Assembly: GCA_965221125.1 (NCBI GenBank)
Contig: CBDCRW010000004.1
Span: 576,001 to 640,000 of the forward strand
Direction of reading: 5' to 3'
Source of the DNA: Alphaproteobacteria bacterium
GTDB taxonomy: Bacteria; Pseudomonadota; Alphaproteobacteria; UBA828
Length of the DNA stretch: 64,000 bases
This document shows, piece by piece, positions 60,201-64,000 of this stretch. Every line of letters starts with the position of its first letter. Position 1 is the first letter of the stretch. Both the position numbers and the translations under genes were made by a program. Under the pieces are notes generated by a model. The model was not told the origin of the DNA, searched no databases, and was given only the letters and a program-made list of their open reading frames with translations.

Positions 60201-60486
60201 GACCGACCCGCTGGCGGACCGTGCGGGTACGGCCGAAGCCACAAGCCGCTGGCAGGCGGAGGCGGCCTACGGCCTCCCGGCCTTCTCGGGACGGTTCACC
60301 GGCAGCCCGCATGTCGGGCTGGGGCTCGCCACGGGCGAACGCGACTACACGCTCGGCTGGCGGCTCTCGCCGGCGGCCAACGCCAACACGCCCGATCTCT
60401 CCTTCGGGGTGAAGGCCACGCGGCGCGAGAGCGAGGGGGTCGAGCCGGAGCACACGGTCGGATTGGAGCTTAGGGCGAACTGGTAA
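54223..60486 (+). CDS. Calx-beta repeat autotransporter-like surface protein (adhesin 4); leader in frame (internal ATG at 54451)
   Basis: GGAGGGGGG SD before the ATG at 54223. The distance 54223 to 54451 is 228 nt (in frame). Signal peptide ending AAPAAA; barrel ending RANW. Confidence 0.85.
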   Translation: MGFVREAWAAVAAAAGEVRDRGLTSCREVPVIISRIAGSPDRRIAGSPDRRIAGSPDRRIAGSPDRRIAPPARLPVMIGSAWRRLLRPSSPPETSAPAGRGLRRGLLPALLCLPLLAGLAAPAAAQTTPSIAVAVATSPTEGNPAEFALSATSSGSWSSSLTVTVNVAQTGNYVAANHLGNRDITIPAGQFYASTTFSIPTIGDNTDQAEGSITVTVQSGTGYTVTGGTATASVVDDDPVEVSLTGGGRIRDGNTGDSVNIEISVPRPVDGELISVPLVMTSGTGAQLPGSTSPDFSYAVTGGTVTAQAGTATPVLRFGTGSSRMTLTLTPTAGEDSDSADETITVGFGTFTQSVQGVGGGAKAHPANNSATVRISEPRTISFTGVATSVSGPLDPASTDGTHSVSESVGALWVELALSQAPEYTTTVYVREKKSGTTATHRQDYKRSGTGFGWIANFGGGSRKARFRVPIVADGIADDKETLTLEIYNVSSIEPNFSLGHTIDAAGTYTLTIRDYTATNASDYVDVWLSKDEYEVTEGEALEATVHLQHPRDADTTINLTETRGTATDGTDYTAGPYSVTVPAGRTSATFTVQTTQDEEQELGDETFRVRIDDSSLPAGFATSDGTGRPEEAVVEIVDDEYTFCFGANSYLAPEGEEGVLPLTFSRPLPQAGSFRFRYLNLNASDSDYTRVFDFPVFFDLPAGTEEYTLRLPVAADLLYEDNELLKITSITPTIPNGILECSTDIIIKDRSREVDFQAAAYTAHEGREAEVGIRVVERGTDDLMTLRKPVTLHIAATGTGSATAGTDYAAGPWTLTIPAGASRGVLRIPVHADGANDDGETIDLEIKRATGGSGVAPGRQLGDQNGNVLSANLHVRVRDTTDMPNGAATVTIQGASGAPSGTRLVWIEAGPQVSEGSDATFTLKADPAPLAPLDVSIHVGDTGTSQTRHLAEEHRGLRTATVDTTGSTVFTVPTQTNGSQHTSAIRVALMDPSLLFASQEADYMPGKPSVAYVGVDAAVPKFKAQRDALSAVAEAPSAPVSNLRVTAVDATSAQATWDAVPHATAYRLEWEGGSEGDYIGGGSNGITGTSATIHHNAPAAMTLTVRVVPWHVDDYGQVQMHDGLAATATLAVGPADPLAAARNACVPASVRSDVEGYAGETHYGAAHVKRWNRALAAFGVDTGETAMTGDEARDMMDKYTAKRWRPIVEAIECIEEAEKAAQAASLPEIAISGGGDVTEGASASFTVTATPAPSSPLAVTLTVGQSGDFAASGQTGTRQVTVPTGGSVTVQVATVDDAVLEADGSVSATVAAGTGYNVAAAPADTASVAVADDDTPVVSIAAGNGVTEGSPASFTVTASPAPSSPLAVKLTVGQSGDYAAAGETGAREVTVPTGGSATVQVATADDSADEPDGSVSVTVGAGTGYAVAASPGDTASVAVADDDAAPPVSELTIGDVTANESDRLMWFTVTLSPASDRAVSVDYRTRESNPVSARKHDDFLQIDFGDVTFSPGETSKRFWVYMFDDGHDEGSETFEVALSHPTGGARIADGVAVGTIVNSDPMPAAWLARFGRTAAEQALDGIAGRIAAPREAGARGTIAGQALSFDPGSGSPGSQSGAANDNAAIAGVEGAGPLALSGLDTPAARFGAGGFGHDAHGFGQGFAQSRTMTGLEALLGSSFTATGETDATGGSLAFWGRAAQSSFDGREGTFSLDGETTTAMLGADYARGKWLVGLALMQSSGEGGYADAGTGSVRCPQDLDAETREVLCGGAVREGDGDVEASLTAAVPYAAIQASERLRLWGVAGYGTGEVTLKPSVGGSLSSDISWTMAAAGARSDLLVPPKEGSGPTLALTADALWARTSSEKTHELAASDSDVTRLRVGLEGGYAIATEGGGRIVPRVEIGARHDGGDAETGFGVELGGGIAWTDPAIGLSLDLSGRTLIAHGNDDLEDQGFAASLAFDPNPGTERGLSLTLSQDWGGSAKGGLDALFATDPLADRAGTAEATSRWQAEAAYGLPAFSGRFTGSPHVGLGLATGERDYTLGWRLSPAANANTPDLSFGVKATRRESEGVEPEHTVGLELRANW
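54289..54320 (+). promoter_or_regulatory. TTGACA-N20-TATAAT element
   Basis: TTGACA at 54289-54294 and TATAAT at 54315-54320. Confidence 0.6.
54323..54429 (+). repeat. Simple sequence repeat (GCCGGATC)x13
   Basis: 13 perfect units at 54323-54426, plus GCC. Confidence 0.98.
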
Positions 60487-60501
60487 TCGCCTCGCCCGGC
60501 G

Positions 60502-61205
60502 ATGGCGCGGCAGGTTCGCGGATGGGACGCCTTGCGGGCCTGGCGCTTCATCCGGGCCAGCAGGGCCTATCGCGACGCCTGGGCGAAGCGCCGCCATCTC
60601 TCCGGCCTGCCGGAACGCGCGCCGTTCCCGGTGCGCCTCCAGACCGCCGCCGATCTCGCGGCCATGGCCTGGGGCATGGCGGCCTTTGAAGACCCCTATG
60701 CGGAGCGGCCGCTCGCGCCGTTCTGGACGCAGGCCGGCGTGATCGACGGCTGGGTGGCGCCGGACGCGCCGCCCCTGGCCCGGCTCGCTGCGGAAGGCGG
60801 GGCGACGCTCACCGGGCTGCGGCTCGGCGACGGCGCGCTGATGCTCCGGATCGAGCGGGAGGGCCGGTCGGTCCAGGTCCGGCTTCCGCGCGGCGCCGCC
60901 TTCCCCGAGGATGGCGGCCTCCTGCTGGTCCGCGAGGTCGCGAGCATCGAGGATGTCTGGCTCGGCGCCCCGGTCCCTCGGCCGGGGCGGGCACGGGGGA
61001 GGAAGGAGACACCGAACTTCTGCTGGCGCTGGAAAGCGAGGCGGACGGGCTCACGCAGCGGCAGGTCGCGGTGCGGCTCTGGGGCTTGGAGCGGGTGGCG
61101 GAGGAGTACCACGACGGCAGCTGGATGCATACCCGCGTCAAGCGCCGCCGGTCCCGCGCGAAGGCGATCCTGAAGCAGTACCGCGACATGGCGCTGGGCA
61201 AGTAG
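60502..61205 (+). CDS. FseA-like activator copy (cassette 4); C-terminal domain in the -1 frame
   Basis: ACGGGGGA at 60993-61000. The -1 frame ends YRDMALGK* at TAG 61203-61205. Confidence 0.7.
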
Positions 61206-61386
61206 CCCGGAGGCCGCGCCGCGGCGCTTTGCGGCGGTGCGCCGATAGCCGAAATGCCGGGCGTTCGTTTGCCATCGGCACGGAAATCCGGGCCCGGCCG
61301 CCGCGCTTCCGCCTCGCGCACGCCGTATCCGGGGCGCCATGCGGCGCGCGGAAGACGCCGATGAGAGGCTGTAGAGGGGCCGAAGG

Positions 61387-61792
61387 ATGAGCGACGACGA
61401 CCGTGACGACGTCTCCGGCGGCACGAATGCGGCCGAAAAGGCGGGCGGCGTCCGCAAGACGGGGGGCATCCGCTTCCCGGAATCGGAGTGGGAAGAGGTC
61501 AGGCGCGCCGCGCTGGCCACGGAAGGCCCGTCACCTGCAGCTCGTCCGCAAGCCCATCCTCGCGCTCCCATGGAGCCCTGACGGCGCGGATCGGACGCCG
61601 AAGAGCGTCGAACCGGCCCCGGTCGAAGGTTCGATGGCGCCGCCGATCGAGCGGATGTTGCGCTACACCTGGTTCCTGGCGACCGCACGGCGCGACGCGA
61701 TGGTCCGCGAAGGGCGCGGGGACGATCTCGACAGGCTGGTCGCGGAAGCCCGCTCCTTCCAGGACGCGCTGCGCCGGGACGCCGCCGACTGA
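61387..61792 (+). pseudogene. Frameshifted RHH-like gene copy 4
   Basis: The N-terminal half (MSDDDR...WEEVRRAAL) and C-terminal half (IERMLRYTWFLAT...DAAD*) are in different frames. Confidence 0.75.
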
Positions 61793-61855
61793 GCGAAATC
61801 GGCGCCCGCCCGGACCGCATCCGGGCGCGGCCCCCCGGAATCCCGCGTATGTCGC

Positions 61856-62033
61856 GCGTGTATCGGTCGCCGACAGCTGACGCGAGCCTCTTGAGCGACG
61901 CCGCGACGCGCGTGTATCGGTGCGTATGCCGGTCCCCGGTCCGCGTGTATCGGTGCGTGTATCGGTCGATGACACGGACCGACAAAGGCATGCCAGACCC
62001 ATGAGAAACCGCGTGTATCGCACCGATACACGC
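61856..62033. repeat. Cluster of GCGTGTATCG motifs (5 direct, 1 inverted)
   Basis: Direct copies at 61856, 61910, 61943, 61955 and 62011; inverted copy at 62024-62033. Confidence 0.85.
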
Positions 62034-62612
62034 TCGATCCTGCAAGAAGCGGACGCCGGAAGGCGGCGGACGTCCTCCGAAGACGAGGCAAGGATGGGCT
62101 CTGCGCGCGCACGCGCCACCAGCATCAACGATGCGTCGGGTGTGAGACCCAAGGCCCGCCCGGGCGGGTCGGAAGCCTGATTCGCGCTGAACGGGGGATC
62201 GGGAAATCGACGCCGGGGAACCCGGCGGAGGGGAGCCGCGCGGCGATTGAGCGGGCGGGCTCGCCGACGCGAGCGAGGGCACTGGTGCGAAGCACCGTGC
62301 CGAGCGGGTCGGCGGGTGCGGCGGCAGTGCCGCCGACAGTCGTGCCGGGGGAAGTGCGCCGGGCCGTGCGCCGGGATCGGGCCAGCCGGCGATGCACTCA
62401 TGCGCAGCATGGTGCAGCGGCGCGTGACGCGACAGCGGAACGGCGCGACGACGGCGCCCAAGGCAGAAGCAGGGAGCGCGATGCCGGCGGCGTCCGCAGC
62501 GGTGCGAGCGTCAGCGAGCCCCCGGATCGCGGTCCGGGGCAGGCTCCGCGAGAGCGCGGCGCGAAGCGCGCGCGAGGTGTCGGCGTTGCGGTGCGACCGG
62601 TGTGCGCATACG

Positions 62613-62652
62613 AAAACGGGCCGCGCCGCCGCCGAAGCGACGACGCGGCCCG
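62613..62652 (-). terminator. Rho-independent terminator of the DUF2493-like gene
   Basis: Minus strand GGGCCGCGTCGTCGC-TTCG-GCGGCGGCGCGGCCC followed by GTTTT, 15 nt after the stop codon. Confidence 0.65.
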
Positions 62653-62666
62653 TCGAGGCGCTGCGG

Positions 62667-63593
62667 TCAGGCCGCGACCTTGTCGACCGGGATGCCGAGC
62701 TCCCTCGCCTTGTCGATGAGGTTCTCGGTGATGCCGGAGCCGGGGAACGCGATGACGCCCTTCGGCAGGAGGTTCAGCAGCTCGTCGTTGCGGCGGAACG
62801 GGGCGGCGCGGCCGTGGCGGTCCCAGTCGGGCTTGCAGACGACCTGGTGGACGCCGTTCTTCTCGGCCCAGCCCGCCGCGATCTTCTCGACGCCGGGGGC
62901 GCCGCCGTGGACGAGCACCATGTCGGCGTATTTCTCGCGGACCTTGTCGAGGCGCTCGATCACCGCCGCCGGGTTGGCGACGTCCTTGCCGCCGGCGATG
63001 GCGACGAGGGTGCCCTGCGGCAGATGGGCCTGGGTCTTGCGGTCCTTCTTCGCGCGGATGTAGTCGCGGGCGTCGATGGCCGCCGAGGTCAGATGGCCGG
63101 TCTGCGAGACGTGGCTGCCGCGCCGGGGCCGCCATGTGTTTCCGGTGACGGTGCGGTAGCTCTCGGCGGTGGCGTCGCGCATGGCCTCGAAGGCGTCGCG
63201 CCGCGCGGTGAGGTTCTGCGCGCGGTCGGTGGTCAGCTCCAGCTCGAACGACTTGATCTCGGAGCCGTCCTGCTCGCGCTGGAGGTCGCGGAGGTCGGGC
63301 ATGAGCCTGTCGGCGGCGCGGTCGAGGCGCTGGGTCTGGGCGTCGAGCATGTTGACGAAGCCCCAGAGCAGGCTCTCGCGCTCGTCGGCAAGCTGGAACC
63401 CGTCCGGTGCGACGGCGTCGGCGAGGAGACCGAAGGCTTCCTGCATGGCGCCGATCGCTTCGTCCTCGTCCCAGACGTCGCGGGTGTCGAACTCGTCGCG
63501 CCCGGGGGTGGCGCCGTAGAGGGCGGCGTTCTCGCAGACGGTCGCGGTGGCGGACTGTCCGCGTTTCTCGATGATGTCGATATCGAAGATCAT
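62667..63593 (-). CDS. DUF2493 (SLOG/YspA-like) domain protein typical of alphaproteobacterial plasmids and ICEs
   Basis: C-terminal DMVLVHGGAPGVEKIAAGWA...KPDW.RHGRAAPFRRND.LL...IAFPGSGITENL; GAAAGGA SD. Confidence 0.8.
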   Translation of the reverse strand: MIFDIDIIEKRGQSATATVCENAALYGATPGRDEFDTRDVWDEDEAIGAMQEAFGLLADAVAPDGFQLADERESLLWGFVNMLDAQTQRLDRAADRLMPDLRDLQREQDGSEIKSFELELTTDRAQNLTARRDAFEAMRDATAESYRTVTGNTWRPRRGSHVSQTGHLTSAAIDARDYIRAKKDRKTQAHLPQGTLVAIAGGKDVANPAAVIERLDKVREKYADMVLVHGGAPGVEKIAAGWAEKNGVHQVVCKPDWDRHGRAAPFRRNDELLNLLPKGVIAFPGSGITENLIDKARELGIPVDKVAA

Positions 63594-64000
63594 GTCGATT
63601 TCCTTTCGGTTTCACGTTCGGGGCCGATCCCCGATGTGATGTCCTGTTGGGTCACGCGCGCGCAGCAGAAGCACCTGGCCTTAGAAGCTCTTGGGCGGGG
63701 TTGGTGCGGAAAGTCGCCGAACTTGGTGCGGAAGATCGCTCTGCGATCTTCACGGTCGGCGACTTTCACGGCCCGCCCTAGAGCTTCTTGGGCCAGGCCG
63801 CAGGGAGCGCAGCGACCGGAGGACCCTTCAGGGTTGCTGGCGCGAGCACGTGTGGCACAATTGGACAGCACAGCGGGGTGGCGTAATTCTCTCCACCTGC
63901 ACGGACCCCATCGGCGGTTCCGCGCGGCACGGCGTCGGAAACGATCCCCGGACCTGTCGACCGCATTGGCAAGCGGAGCGCGCAGTCCGCGCCAGCGAGT

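Noticed and set aside
39185-60486. Diversity-generating retroelement or invertase shufflon explaining adhesin variation
   Set aside because: No reverse transcriptase, no TR/VR pair with adenine-specific differences, and no recombinase or inverted cassettes were seen.
62040-62600. ORFs and GC-rich hairpin-prone sequence between the repeat cluster and the DUF2493-like gene
   Set aside because: No convincing coding signal. It resembles generic plasmid leading-region sequence but could not be assigned.

Overview
GC-rich (roughly 70%) bacterial DNA, probably alphaproteobacterial, belonging to a conjugative element (ICE or plasmid; no integrase or rep gene in the window). It carries a complete F-type tra operon (traALEKBVC-trbI-S26 peptidase-traW-ssb-traU-trbC-traNFHG, then traD and a MOBF TrwC/TraI relaxase; 15.3-38.2 kb). 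It also has a RelE-XRE toxin-antitoxin pair, an intact IS256-family element with an 8-bp TSD, and a DUF2493-like gene. The striking part is a cargo cassette present four times: upstream leader ORF, TTGACA-N20-TA(T/A)AAT, an 8-bp GCCGG-core tandem repeat (14, 17, 5 and 13 units), then a giant Calx-beta/autotransporter-like surface protein (in cassette 1 preceded by an arylsulfotransferase-like gene), followed by an FseA-like (DUF6499/DUF2285-type) activator gene. Repeat count sets the reading frame of the leader relative to the downstream gene: three loci are out of frame and one is in frame, which suggests a multi-locus phase-variable adhesin repertoire. All three intact activator copies carry their C-terminal domain in the -1 frame at the same ACGGGGGA motif, which suggests a conserved recoding site. 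Family assignments are by motif recognition and synteny only; no database search was run.
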